NCBI GenBank assembly: GCA_963718915.1
Contig: CAVRAI010000003.1
Location: forward strand, 720,001 to 752,000
Length of the DNA: 32,000 bases
Source of the DNA: an uncultured Chloroflexia bacterium
GTDB taxonomy: Bacteria; Chloroflexota; Ktedonobacteria; Ktedonobacterales; JADMIN01
Reading direction: 5' to 3'
Shown piece by piece: positions 23,383 to 32,000 of the stretch. Position numbers and translations under genes: made by a program. The notes beneath the pieces are model-generated. The model did not search any database. It saw only the letters and a list, made by a program, of their open reading frames with translations, and was not told where the DNA came from. Position 1 is the stretch's first letter. Each line of letters opens with the position of its first letter.

Positions 23383-26300
23383 ATGGGGTCACAGCAGATG
23401 GCGCAACGCAAGCGCCGCACAGCAAGAGGCTCGTTTGCAGAGTGGCAACGGGTCACTCTACTCTGTATCCTGGTCTTCGCCGGGCTTGGTCTAAGCGTCG
23501 GCAGCGCATTCGTATCCGGCGTGCCGCAAGCGTCGGCGGCGGCCAACGCTATCCAGATCGAGAATACCCAGCCGGGTGACTCCACCTGGGACGATTTCAG
23601 CGCCAACCTGAGCCAGACGGCGCTCTCAGGCTATTCTTCGCCGATCAGCGTCAATCATGGGCAGACGGTGAACTTCTACGTCACCACCACCTCCGCCAGC
23701 GTGAAGATTGACATTTACCGCATGGGCTGGTACGGCGGCACCGGCGCGCGCCACATGGAAACGCTGGGCACCTATGCCGGACAGCAACAGCCGATCCCCA
23801 ATCCCGATAAGGTCACTGGCATCGTCGTCTGCAACTGGCAAATGACCGCCTCGCTGGCCGTGCCCTCCAACTGGGTGACCGGCGTCTACCTTGCCAAGCT
23901 GACCGGAACCAGTGGCGATAAGAGCTTCATCTTCTTCAACGTGCGCGACGATGGCGGCCACGAAGATTTTGTCTTCCAGACCAGCGTCACCACCTACGAG
24001 GCGTATAACACCTACGGCATCACCAGCCTCTACAACAACTCCGCCAGCGATCCAACCTACCCGTATCCGCACGCGACCAAGGTATCGTTCGACCGGCCCT
24101 TCAACCCCGGCGATAGCAATGGCGCGGGCCACTTCCTCTGGTATGAGTATCCGATGTTGCGTTGGGCCGAGAAAAATGGCTTCGACTTGACCTATACGAC
24201 CGATATTGATACTGACCTCAACACCAATCCGCTCACCAACCATAAAGCATTCCTCTCGGTCGGCCACGACGAATACTGGTCGAAGGCGATGCGCGACAAC
24301 GTCCAGGCGGCGATCAACGCTGGCGTGAACGTCGGGTTCTTCGGCGCCAACGATGTCTACTGGCAGGTCCGCTTCGAGCCGAACGCGCAGGGTGTGCCTG
24401 ACCGCGTCATGGTGGGCTATAAGGACTTCGCCACTATCAACCAGTTGCCTGGCCCTGACCCTCAATGGGGCGTCAACAATGCCATTGTGACCACTAGATT
24501 CAGGGATGATCCGCTCAACCAACCGGAAATTGGCATCGTCGGCGCTATGTTTATCGACGAGAACGATACCCCTGATGGGCGGCCCTACGTCGTCACCAAC
24601 GCATCGAGCTGGGTCTTTGCCAATACGGGCTTCGTCAACGGCACATCGGTCCCTGGTATCGTCGGCTATGAGTTCGATAACTCCTTTACGGATCCGAGTA
24701 CTCCTGGATACGCACAGTATCATACCGCCAGCCCGGCTGGCCTCCAGGTGCTCTCGGCCTCTCCCGTACAGGGCGACAATGGCCTCGAAATCGCCAACTC
24801 CACCATCTACACTGCCTCCAGTGGCGCGCGTGTCTTCGCGGCGGGCACCATCGAATGGAGCTGGGGTCTCGATAACTTCGGCGGACGGAACACTGCCAAC
24901 GCCGGTATCCAGCAGATGACCGCGAATATCTTCTATAACTTCAACGGCGGCACGCCACCGCCACCACCGCCGCCACCACCACCAGGCACCTATCTGCAGG
25001 ACAACTTCGAGTCTGGCAACCTGACGCAGTGGAACGGCCCGTTCGGCACCGGGTCGGCAGGCGTCGTCACGGGGCCGAGCGTCCACAGTGGCACCTACTC
25101 CGCCCAACTGATTGATCCGAGTGGATCCAGCCAGTATGTGACGCTTACGCAGAATCTGGTCAACAGTCCGGGGGCCAATACCTATACCCGTCTCTACTTC
25201 CAGGTCAGCGATGCCAGTGTGACTTCGACGCTTGCCGTGGCAACCGATAGTAGTGGCAATAACCGCTGGGCGGCTATCTACGATGGCGGTAGTCACGGCG
25301 TGGATACCTATTTCTGGAATGGCGCCGGTACTCGCTTCGAGTATGACAGCCCCTCCAACTTGATCTCATCCAACACCTGGTATGGATTGCAGGTTCAGTT
25401 GAACGAGGCGACGAGTGGGGCGGGCAATATCTGGCTCAACGGGACGCAGCTCGGTGGGGTGACAGGCAACCTCTCAGCCTCCACGCCGATCAACGCGCTC
25501 ACGCTCTGGAACGAAGGCCCTGGCACGACCATCGACTTTGACGATGTGATTGTCTCCGATCATGACAATGGCGCCGTCAGCAGCGGCGGGTCTCCCCCCG
25601 CCTTCAACCCGACTAACGTGAGTTTTGGCAACCAGAATATCGGCACGACCAGCGCCGCCCAGACTGTGACGCTGACCAACGCGAGCGGCTCGACGCTTCA
25701 TATCAGCGCCGTCGGTATCACCGGAAACAACACCGGTGACTTTGCCAAGGGCGCCGATACCTGCACCGGGGCCACGGTTGCGGTGAATGCCACCTGCACG
25801 GTCAGCGTGACCTTCTCGCCAACGGCGGTAGGCAACCGAAGTACCGTTCTTAGCTTTACCGATGATGGCCCCGGCAGTCCGCAGAGTGTCGCGCTCAGCG
25901 GCGCTGGCGTCGCTGTCGGCCCGGCGGTCAGCTTCAACCCGGCCAACCTGAGCTTCGGCAACCAGAATACCGGGACGACTAGCGCGGCCAAGACCGTGAC
26001 CGTCACGAATAACGGCAATGCCACCCTGCACATCACCACGGTGACGATCACCGGCACCAACCCCGGTGACTTCGCCAAGAGCGCCGATACCTGCACCGGG
26101 GCCACGGTTGCGGTGAATGCCACCTGCACGGTCAGCGTGACCTTCTCGCCAACGGCGGCGAGCGGACGGAATGCCGCGCTCTCGTTCGCGGACGACGCCG
26201 CTGGCAGCCCGCAGACCCTCGCCTTGACCGGCACGGGGGTCGCGCCAGCGATTAGCCTCACCCCGACGAGCCTGACCTACGGCAGTCAGGGAATTGGCAC

Positions 26301-28692
26301 GACCAGCACGGCGCAGACGATCACCGTGACGAATAACGGTACGGCTGCCCTGCATGTGACCTCGGTGACCTTCACCGGGACGAATGCGGGCGACTTCGCC
26401 AAGAGCGCGGATACCTGCACCGGGGCATCAGTGGCGGCCCTCGCGGCGTGTAGCGTCAGCGTGACCTTCTCACCGACGGCGACGGGCGCGCGCAGCGCCA
26501 CGATCTCCTTCGCCGATGACGTGGTACCCAGCCCGCAGACCGTCGCTCTGAGCGGCACGGGCGTTACCGTGGCGCCAGGAATAAGCTTCAATAACCCCAC
26601 ACTCACCTTCGCCAATCAGGGGGTTGGCACAACCAGCGCGGCCCAGACCGTGATTGTCACGAATAATGGCAATGCCAGTCTGCATGTGACCTCGGTGACT
26701 TTCACCGGGACGAACGCGGGCGACTTCGCCAAGAGCGCCGATACCTGCACCGGGGCCACGGTCGCGGTGAATGCCACCTGCACCGTCAGCGTGACCTTCT
26801 CGCCGACTGCGTCAGGCAGCCGCACCGCCTCACTCTCCTTCGCCGATGACGCGCCCAGCAGCCCGCAGACCGTCGCGCTCACAGGCGCTGGAATGCAGGT
26901 CGGCGTCTATCTGCAGGATGGCTTCGAGAGCGGCAATCTCAGCCAGTGGTCGGCTCCGGCGGGAACCGGCTCGGCTACTGTCCAGACCAGTGTGGTGAAT
27001 AGCGGAACCTACGCGCTGGCGATGACCAACGGCGCCAACCAGTATGTCATCACCTCGCAGAGTCTGAACGGCGGCGCGCAGGCGCACACCTTCAGCCGCC
27101 TCTACTTCCGCATCACCAACGCCAGCGTCTCCTTCAGCCTCGCCTCCGCCACCGATAGCGCGGGCAACAACTTGTGGGCGGTGGTCTACGACGCGGGCAG
27201 TCATGGTTTCGACGTCTACTTCTGGAACGGGTCGCGGACCCGCTTCGACTTCTACAGTAGCGCCAACCTGATCCAGGCGAATGCGTGGTATTCCCTGGAG
27301 ATCGAGCTGAACGAGGCGACGGCGGGCGCGGGCAATGTCTGGCTCAATGGAAATCTGCTCGGTGGGGTGACGGGTAACCTCTCGGCCACCAGCAACCTCA
27401 GCAAGCTCTTCCTCTGGAACGACGCCGCGAGCGCCACCACCTACTTCGACGATGTTGTGGTCTCCAATGTCTACAATGGGCCGTTGGGTAGCGCCGCCGC
27501 GATTGGGTTCACGCCCAGCAGTGTGAGCTTTGGCAACCAGGGCGTCGGCACGACCAGCTCGGCGCAGACCATCACCGCCAAGAACACTGGCACGGCCAAC
27601 CTGCACCTGACGACCGTTGTCATCACCGGTACGAATTCAGGTGACTTCGCCATCAGCGCCAACACCTGCAATGGCGCGGTACTGGCGCCGAACGCGACCT
27701 GTACGGTCAGTGTGACGTTCACTCCGGGTTTGGTCGGCAATCGGAGCGCCTCGCTCTCCTTCACCGATGACGCGCCGCTCAGCCCGCAGGCCGTTGCGCT
27801 GACTGGAACTGGCGCCACATCGGGGGTCAACTTCAATCCGACGAGCGTCAATTTTGGCACTCTGACGGTATCCACGACCGGCGCGGCGCAGACCATCACC
27901 GTGACGAATAATGGCGCGGCTATTCTGCATATCACCTCGGTGACGCTGACTGGGACGAACGCGGGCGACTTCGCCAAGAGCGCCGACACCTGCACCGGGG
28001 CGACCGTCGCGGCCAACGCGACGTGTACGGTCAGCCTGACGTTCACTCCCGGCGCGACAGGCGCCCGCAGCGCGTCGCTCTCCTTCGTGGATGACGCGCC
28101 GAATAGCCCGCAGACTGTGGCGCTCTCAGGCGCGGGCGCTGCCGCGGCTCCAGCGGTCAGCTTCAATCCGACCGGCCTGAGTTACGGCAACCAGAATACT
28201 GGGACGACCAGTGCGGCGAAGAGTGTCACGGTGACCAACACCGGGACGGCTGCTCTGCATGTCACCCTCGTCGCCCTTGCTGGCACGAACTCCGGTGACT
28301 TCACCATCAGCGCGGATACCTGCACCGGGGCCACGGTCGCGGCGAATGCGACCTGCTACGCCAGTGTGACGTTCACTCCCGGCGCAACGGGCGCCCGCAG
28401 CGCCACACTGACCTTTACCGACGACGCGGGCGGCAGCCCCCAGACGGTCGCGCTCTCGGGCACGGGAACCGCCGCAGGGATTTCCTTCACCCCGCCCAGT
28501 CTGAGCTATGGCAACCAGGGGACGGGATCGACCAGCGCGGCGCAGACCGTTACGGTGACCAACACCGGCACGGCTGCCCTGCACGTCACCTCGGTGACGA
28601 TCACCGGGACAAATGCGGGTGACTTTGCCAAGAGCGCCGACACCTGCACCGGGCCGCCATCGCGGCGAATGCGACCTGCACGGTCAGCGTGA
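23383..28692 (+). CDS. giant secreted modular protein, N-terminal 1769 aa (frame interrupted near 28651)
   Basis: Signal peptide (LLCILVFAGLGLSVGSAFVSGVPQASAAA). N,N-dimethylformamidase-large-subunit-like domain (ENTQPG, YRMGWYGGTGAR, TYEAYNTYG, GHDEYWS, GANDVYWQVRFE). Pro10 linker (24955-24984). Then a LamG-like domain, four ~100-aa choice-of-anchor-D/ASH-like repeats (FGNQ..GTTSAAQT.T.TN.G...LH...GDFA...DTC), a second LamG-like domain and four more repeats. Confidence 0.9.
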   Translation: MGSQQMAQRKRRTARGSFAEWQRVTLLCILVFAGLGLSVGSAFVSGVPQASAAANAIQIENTQPGDSTWDDFSANLSQTALSGYSSPISVNHGQTVNFYVTTTSASVKIDIYRMGWYGGTGARHMETLGTYAGQQQPIPNPDKVTGIVVCNWQMTASLAVPSNWVTGVYLAKLTGTSGDKSFIFFNVRDDGGHEDFVFQTSVTTYEAYNTYGITSLYNNSASDPTYPYPHATKVSFDRPFNPGDSNGAGHFLWYEYPMLRWAEKNGFDLTYTTDIDTDLNTNPLTNHKAFLSVGHDEYWSKAMRDNVQAAINAGVNVGFFGANDVYWQVRFEPNAQGVPDRVMVGYKDFATINQLPGPDPQWGVNNAIVTTRFRDDPLNQPEIGIVGAMFIDENDTPDGRPYVVTNASSWVFANTGFVNGTSVPGIVGYEFDNSFTDPSTPGYAQYHTASPAGLQVLSASPVQGDNGLEIANSTIYTASSGARVFAAGTIEWSWGLDNFGGRNTANAGIQQMTANIFYNFNGGTPPPPPPPPPPGTYLQDNFESGNLTQWNGPFGTGSAGVVTGPSVHSGTYSAQLIDPSGSSQYVTLTQNLVNSPGANTYTRLYFQVSDASVTSTLAVATDSSGNNRWAAIYDGGSHGVDTYFWNGAGTRFEYDSPSNLISSNTWYGLQVQLNEATSGAGNIWLNGTQLGGVTGNLSASTPINALTLWNEGPGTTIDFDDVIVSDHDNGAVSSGGSPPAFNPTNVSFGNQNIGTTSAAQTVTLTNASGSTLHISAVGITGNNTGDFAKGADTCTGATVAVNATCTVSVTFSPTAVGNRSTVLSFTDDGPGSPQSVALSGAGVAVGPAVSFNPANLSFGNQNTGTTSAAKTVTVTNNGNATLHITTVTITGTNPGDFAKSADTCTGATVAVNATCTVSVTFSPTAASGRNAALSFADDAAGSPQTLALTGTGVAPAISLTPTSLTYGSQGIGTTSTAQTITVTNNGTAALHVTSVTFTGTNAGDFAKSADTCTGASVAALAACSVSVTFSPTATGARSATISFADDVVPSPQTVALSGTGVTVAPGISFNNPTLTFANQGVGTTSAAQTVIVTNNGNASLHVTSVTFTGTNAGDFAKSADTCTGATVAVNATCTVSVTFSPTASGSRTASLSFADDAPSSPQTVALTGAGMQVGVYLQDGFESGNLSQWSAPAGTGSATVQTSVVNSGTYALAMTNGANQYVITSQSLNGGAQAHTFSRLYFRITNASVSFSLASATDSAGNNLWAVVYDAGSHGFDVYFWNGSRTRFDFYSSANLIQANAWYSLEIELNEATAGAGNVWLNGNLLGGVTGNLSATSNLSKLFLWNDAASATTYFDDVVVSNVYNGPLGSAAAIGFTPSSVSFGNQGVGTTSSAQTITAKNTGTANLHLTTVVITGTNSGDFAISANTCNGAVLAPNATCTVSVTFTPGLVGNRSASLSFTDDAPLSPQAVALTGTGATSGVNFNPTSVNFGTLTVSTTGAAQTITVTNNGAAILHITSVTLTGTNAGDFAKSADTCTGATVAANATCTVSLTFTPGATGARSASLSFVDDAPNSPQTVALSGAGAAAAPAVSFNPTGLSYGNQNTGTTSAAKSVTVTNTGTAALHVTLVALAGTNSGDFTISADTCTGATVAANATCYASVTFTPGATGARSATLTFTDDAGGSPQTVALSGTGTAAGISFTPPSLSYGNQGTGSTSAAQTVTVTNTGTAALHVTSVTITGTNAGDFAKSADTCTGPPSRRMRPARSA

Positions 28693-29390
28693 CCTTCGCG
28701 CCGACGGCGACGGGCGCTCGCAGCGCTACCATCTCCTTCGCCGATGACGCGCCCAGCAGCCCGCAGACCGTGGCTGTGAGCGGCACAGGAACGCAGGTCG
28801 GCGTCTACCTGCAGGATGGCTTCGAGAGCGGCAATCTCAGCCAGTGGTCGGCTCCGGCGGGAACGGGGACGGCCACGGTTGAGAACACCGTCGTCAATCG
28901 CGGCTCGAATGCGCTGGCGATGACCAACGGCGCCAACCAGTATGTGATTCTCTCGCAGAACCTGACTGGCGGCGCGCAGGCGCATACCTTCAGTCGCCTC
29001 TACTTCCGCATCACCAACGCCAGCGTCTCCTTTAGTGTCGCCTCCGCCACCGATAGCGCGGGCAACAACCTGTGGGCGGTGGTCTACGACGCGGGCAGCC
29101 ACGGGCTGGATGTCTACTTCTGGAATGGCTCACGCACCCGCTTCGACTTCTACTCTGGAACCAACCTGATCACAGCCAACACCTGGTATTCCCTGGAGAT
29201 CGAGTTGAACGAGGCGACGGCGGGCGCGGGCAATGTCTGGCTCAATGGGACATCGCTGGGTGGAGTGACGGGTAACCTCTCAGCCACCAGCAATCTGAGT
29301 CGCATCTACCTGTGGAACGACGCTTCCAGCACGACCACCTACTTCGATGACATCATCGTCTCGAACCAGTACAACGGCCTGCTGCCGTAA
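28689..29390 (+). CDS. C-terminal continuation of the giant protein (end of repeat 8 plus third LamG-like domain)
   Basis: This frame carries VTFAPTATGARSATISFADDAPSSPQTV, the rest of repeat 8, and a LamG-like domain nearly identical at nt level to 26890-27480. It is joined to the upstream ORF by restoring one G at 28651-28653. Confidence 0.85.
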   Translation: MTFAPTATGARSATISFADDAPSSPQTVAVSGTGTQVGVYLQDGFESGNLSQWSAPAGTGTATVENTVVNRGSNALAMTNGANQYVILSQNLTGGAQAHTFSRLYFRITNASVSFSVASATDSAGNNLWAVVYDAGSHGLDVYFWNGSRTRFDFYSGTNLITANTWYSLEIELNEATAGAGNVWLNGTSLGGVTGNLSATSNLSRIYLWNDASSTTTYFDDIIVSNQYNGLLP

Positions 29391-29412
29391 ACGCTGGCGA
29401 GAGACCTAGCGC

Positions 29413-29447
29413 GGGCCGTCAGGATGATCTCCTGGCGGCCCGTTTTC
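29413..29447 (+). terminator. rho-independent terminator of the giant gene
   Basis: GGGCCGTCAGG-ATGATCT-CCTGGCGGCCC (11-bp stem with one G-U pair) followed by GTTTTCG, 23 nt after the stop codon. Confidence 0.75.
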
Positions 29448-29520
29448 GTGCGCGCGTGAGCTTGGAAAACTACTTGGCTACGACAAATGGCAGAACTTCC
29501 TTGGCGTCATCCACGAGGCT

Positions 29521-30231
29521 ATGGAGGTATGTCGTGTCCAGGGCGGCAGCACAGATGGTATTTTTACCGCCATCAGTAAAAAACCCTCGGGCCGTGGTCG
29601 GCCTAGCGCCGAGTATGATTACCGCCTCACCCGTCACGCCTGCTATCTCGTTGCCGAAAGCGCTGATGGCCGTAAGGAAGAAGTAGCGCTCGCAAAGATC
29701 TACTTCGCGCTCACTACCGAGCGCTATGAGCTGCTGGCGCAGACTGAGGAGGAGCGGTTGCGCGTCGAGCACCGCCAACGCCTGCTCCGGGAGAATGCCG
29801 ATCTCGCATTACGCGCCCGAGAGGCTGGCGCAATGACATCACAGGAGTTCGCCGCCTTCTTTAATTCGGGGTACCGCGGCCTCTACCGGGAGACTCAGCA
29901 GCAGATCCGTGAGCGCAAGGGTCTCAAGAGGGGACAAGATGTCAGCGACTATATGGGCAGCCTCGAGACGGCGGCGAATATCTTTCGGGCCGCACTGGCA
30001 CACCAAATGATGGATGATCGCGGTGTCAGCGATCTACCGAGAGCCAATGTGACCCACCATGAAGCCGGAGATTCCGTGCGGACGGTCCTGCTGAGTAAGG
30101 GCATCGTGCCAGAGCAACTTCCTACACCACGGAAGAGCTTTCAACAGCTCTTGCGAGAGGAAGAAGCACGCCAACGCATCCTCGCTGAAGATCGACTTGG
30201 CCTATGGGGTGACGCTGAGGAAACGGAGTAG
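29521..30231 (+). CDS. DNA-damage-inducible protein D (DinD)-like, 5'-truncated
   Basis: LTRHACYLVAESADGRKEEVALAKIYFALTTERYE matches the DinD core (cf. E. coli [32 protein letters not shown]). The frame is open from 29428 and already encodes RELGKLLGYDKWQNFLGVIHEA, but there is no start codon before 29521. Confidence 0.7.
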   Translation: MEVCRVQGGSTDGIFTAISKKPSGRGRPSAEYDYRLTRHACYLVAESADGRKEEVALAKIYFALTTERYELLAQTEEERLRVEHRQRLLRENADLALRAREAGAMTSQEFAAFFNSGYRGLYRETQQQIRERKGLKRGQDVSDYMGSLETAANIFRAALAHQMMDDRGVSDLPRANVTHHEAGDSVRTVLLSKGIVPEQLPTPRKSFQQLLREEEARQRILAEDRLGLWGDAEETE

Positions 30232-30265
30232 CGAGGCCGCAGGAATCGAGGCGAGGTGTGTGACT

Positions 30266-30493
30266 TCACCCAGCACTCTCTGACTCATCATCCCACTTGC
30301 AGGGAGTGGTAGGGCCGTTTTTCGCTTCCTGTATCAGTTCATCCAGGAATGCGTCTGATTCGGGCGATTCCAGCAGCGCGTCCCAGCGGGCGTCGGCTAG
30401 CCACGACTCGATCTGCGCGGCCAGCGCTTCCTGCGCCTCGGGCGAGAGTGTGGCGGCTTCATTTATCGCGGCTTGCAGTTTCTCGTTCAGCAT
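30266..30493 (-). CDS. small acidic helical protein (antitoxin-like), last gene of the VWA operon
   Basis: 75 aa. GGGAGG RBS 7 nt upstream of the ATG, 52 nt after the VWA gene stop. LSPEAQEALAAQIESWL..ARWDALLESPES resembles small orphan antitoxin-like proteins. The family was not identified. Confidence 0.55.
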   Translation of the reverse strand: MLNEKLQAAINEAATLSPEAQEALAAQIESWLADARWDALLESPESDAFLDELIQEAKNGPTTPCKWDDESESAG

Positions 30494-30545
30494 CGGTAGC
30501 CTCCCTTCAGTGCTACCGCTAGCATATCACGCCGCGCATCCACAC

Positions 30546-31718
30546 TCATCTCTCGGCGCGAGCGGTCACGATGTCATTGCGCGCCGCCCAGAGACTGAGG
30601 TCGCGCTTCTGGATCGTCGCCGCCATCAGGTCGGGGAAGAGGTCGGGCGTGCAGGCGAACGACGGGATGCCGAGCGAGGCGAGCGTCGCCGCGTTGCGCT
30701 GGTCGAAGCTGGGCGCGCCCTTATCGCTGAGCGCCAGCAGGCAGACCATCTGCACGCCACTCGCCGCGATCTCGCCCGCACGCCGCAGCATCTCTTGCGT
30801 GTTGCCGCCCTCATAGAGGTCGGTTATCAGCACCAGAATGGTCTGCGCCGGGCGCGTGATAATCTGCTGGCAGTAGGCGAGCGCGCGGTTGATATCGGTG
30901 CCGCCGCCCAGTTGCGTGCCAAAGAGCAGGTCTACCGGGTCCTGCAAATCCTCGGTCAGATCCACCACCGACGTATCGAAGACGACCATGCGCGTGCTGA
31001 CGGCGCGAATCGAGGCGAGCACCGCGCCGAAGATGCCCGCATAGACCACCGACGAGGCCATCGAGCCGCTCTGGTCCACGCACAGCACGATGTCGCGCAG
31101 GGCCGAGCGCTTGTGGCCGTAGCCGACAAGCTTCTCGGCGATGATCGTGCCACGGTCGCGCTGGTAGTTCTTCAGGTTGGCGCGGATGGTGCGATGCCAG
31201 TCAATCTCGTTGGCGCGGGGACGGTACGAGCGCGTGGCGCGGTTCAGGCTGCCACGGATCGCCTGCTGCATCGGGCTGGCCAGCTTGCGCTCCAGCTCCT
31301 CGACGACCTTGCGCACGACCGCCCGCGCCGTATCCTTGGTCTTGTCGGGTATGACGTGGCTGAGCGAGAGCAGCGTCGCCACCAGATGCACGTCGGCGTC
31401 CACCTGCTCCAGCATCTCCGGCTGGAGCAGCATCTGTGTCAGGTTGAGCCGCTCTAGCGCGTCCTGCTGCATCACGCGCACCGCCGTCGAGGGGAAATAG
31501 GTGCGGATGTCGCCCAGCCAGCGCGTGACGTTCGGCGATGAGCCGCCCAGGCCAGCTGACCGCTCGCCGTCGTAGAGCGCCGCAAGCACGTCATCCATGC
31601 CACGATCCACACCCACCAGCGCGCCTGTGCCCAGGCTTTCCTGCGCCGGGCCGCCGAGCGCCAACCGCCAGCGTCGCAGCCGCTCGTCTTCTATCGGATC
31701 AGTGATTGGTGTCGTCAT
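30546..31718 (-). CDS. VWA (CoxE-like) domain protein
   Basis: N-terminal RRWRLALGG. MIDAS motif DIVLCVDQSGSM. VLITDLYEGG. The start overlaps the upstream gene by 20 nt. Confidence 0.85.
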   Translation of the reverse strand: MTTPITDPIEDERLRRWRLALGGPAQESLGTGALVGVDRGMDDVLAALYDGERSAGLGGSSPNVTRWLGDIRTYFPSTAVRVMQQDALERLNLTQMLLQPEMLEQVDADVHLVATLLSLSHVIPDKTKDTARAVVRKVVEELERKLASPMQQAIRGSLNRATRSYRPRANEIDWHRTIRANLKNYQRDRGTIIAEKLVGYGHKRSALRDIVLCVDQSGSMASSVVYAGIFGAVLASIRAVSTRMVVFDTSVVDLTEDLQDPVDLLFGTQLGGGTDINRALAYCQQIITRPAQTILVLITDLYEGGNTQEMLRRAGEIAASGVQMVCLLALSDKGAPSFDQRNAATLASLGIPSFACTPDLFPDLMAATIQKRDLSLWAARNDIVTARAER

Positions 31719-32000
31719 AGCTCACCCCCAAAATCCGCGCCAGCACCGGCAAGACCTGTCGTGCGCGCTCCTCGACCACCGCGCCTGTGGTATCGGTCGC
31801 CACAGCGGCGGCGGCGTGATGGAGATTCTTTACCTTCTCACCCATCGTCTGGCGGGCGGGGGCCTCGAAATCGCTGAAGGCGCGCCGTAAGAGCGGCAAG
31901 AGCGCCACGAACGTCTCGCCATCGAGCGCGGCCAGCCAGCCATCCAGCGCCAGCCAGAGGCCATCCTGCGCCATCATCATCTGCGCGCCGCCACGGAGCA
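31699..32000 (-). CDS. C-terminal part of a DUF5682-like protein (5' end beyond the window)
   Basis: The frame is open to the window edge. WLALDGWLAALDGETFVALLPLLRRAFSDFEAPARQ resembles the conserved DUF5682 C-terminus (LPLLRRAF), which is usually encoded next to this VWA type. Confidence 0.55.
   Translation of the reverse strand, partial: LRGGAQMMMAQDGLWLALDGWLAALDGETFVALLPLLRRAFSDFEAPARQTMGEKVKNLHHAAAAVATDTTGAVVEERARQVLPVLARILGVSYDDTNH

Noticed and set aside
24955-24984. CCA/CCG-rich tract as another slippage-type tandem expansion
   Set aside because: It encodes a Pro10 interdomain linker in frame with mixed codons. This is ordinary for secreted modular proteins.
23626-25296. 556-aa minus-strand ORF, and the other long antisense ORFs (25474-26355, 26830-27606, 27471-28166, 28506-29102) inside the giant gene
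   Set aside because: They mirror the repeat structure of the plus-strand gene and have Arg/Gly/Ala-rich nonsense composition. The plus frame has a signal peptide and recognisable domains.
28651-28653. Programmed frameshift or phase-variable homopolymer in the giant gene
   Set aside because: A G3/G4 run is too short for efficient slippage-based phase variation. No slippery heptamer or downstream structure was evident. A simple deletion or sequencing error is more parsimonious.
30297-31457. 386-aa plus-strand ORF antisense to the VWA gene
   Set aside because: Shadow ORF with extreme Arg/Ala/His composition. The MIDAS-containing minus-strand frame is the real gene.

Overview
High-GC bacterial chromosomal window (about 60-65% GC by eye, with several ~50% patches) and strong GGAGG-type ribosome-binding sites. 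The phylum is unverified. The hairpin-rich intergenic DNA and gene content suggest Chloroflexota (Ktedonobacteria-like) or an actinobacterium-like organism. Housekeeping genes: mraZ-rsmH, a mutY-like glycosylase, two alpha/beta hydrolases, a MazG-like NTP pyrophosphohydrolase, a PaaI-type thioesterase, a YdeI-family protein, a CNNM/CorC transporter, glmU and tRNA-Gln(UUG). Accessory material is interleaved with these: (1) an IS982-family element whose transposase is disrupted only by six short tandem multiplications (10-14 bp units); collapsing them by hand restores an intact 295-codon ORF. (2) Arrays of a ~23-nt motif in opposite orientation on the two sides of that IS. (3) A membrane-anchored NB-ARC/TPR STAND NTPase. 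(4) A PARP/ART-like ORF in a low-GC patch. (5) A bacterial LITAF-like split zinc-ribbon membrane protein. (6) Three tandem paralogous genes, each preceded by the same TTGACG-N17-TAGAGT promoter module. (7) A secreted modular protein of about 2000 aa (DMFase-like domain, three LamG-like domains, eight choice-of-anchor-D/ASH-like repeats) split by a 1-nt deletion. (8) A 5'-truncated DinD-like gene. (9) The distal end of a DUF5682/VWA operon that presumably has a MoxR-type ATPase partner. Intergenic DNA carries arrays of short GC-rich hairpins and a REP-like triple-hairpin element, one copy of which lies inside a coding region. No CRISPR array, rRNA gene or obvious prophage was seen. All calls come from reading the sequence and remembered family motifs. 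No database search was run.
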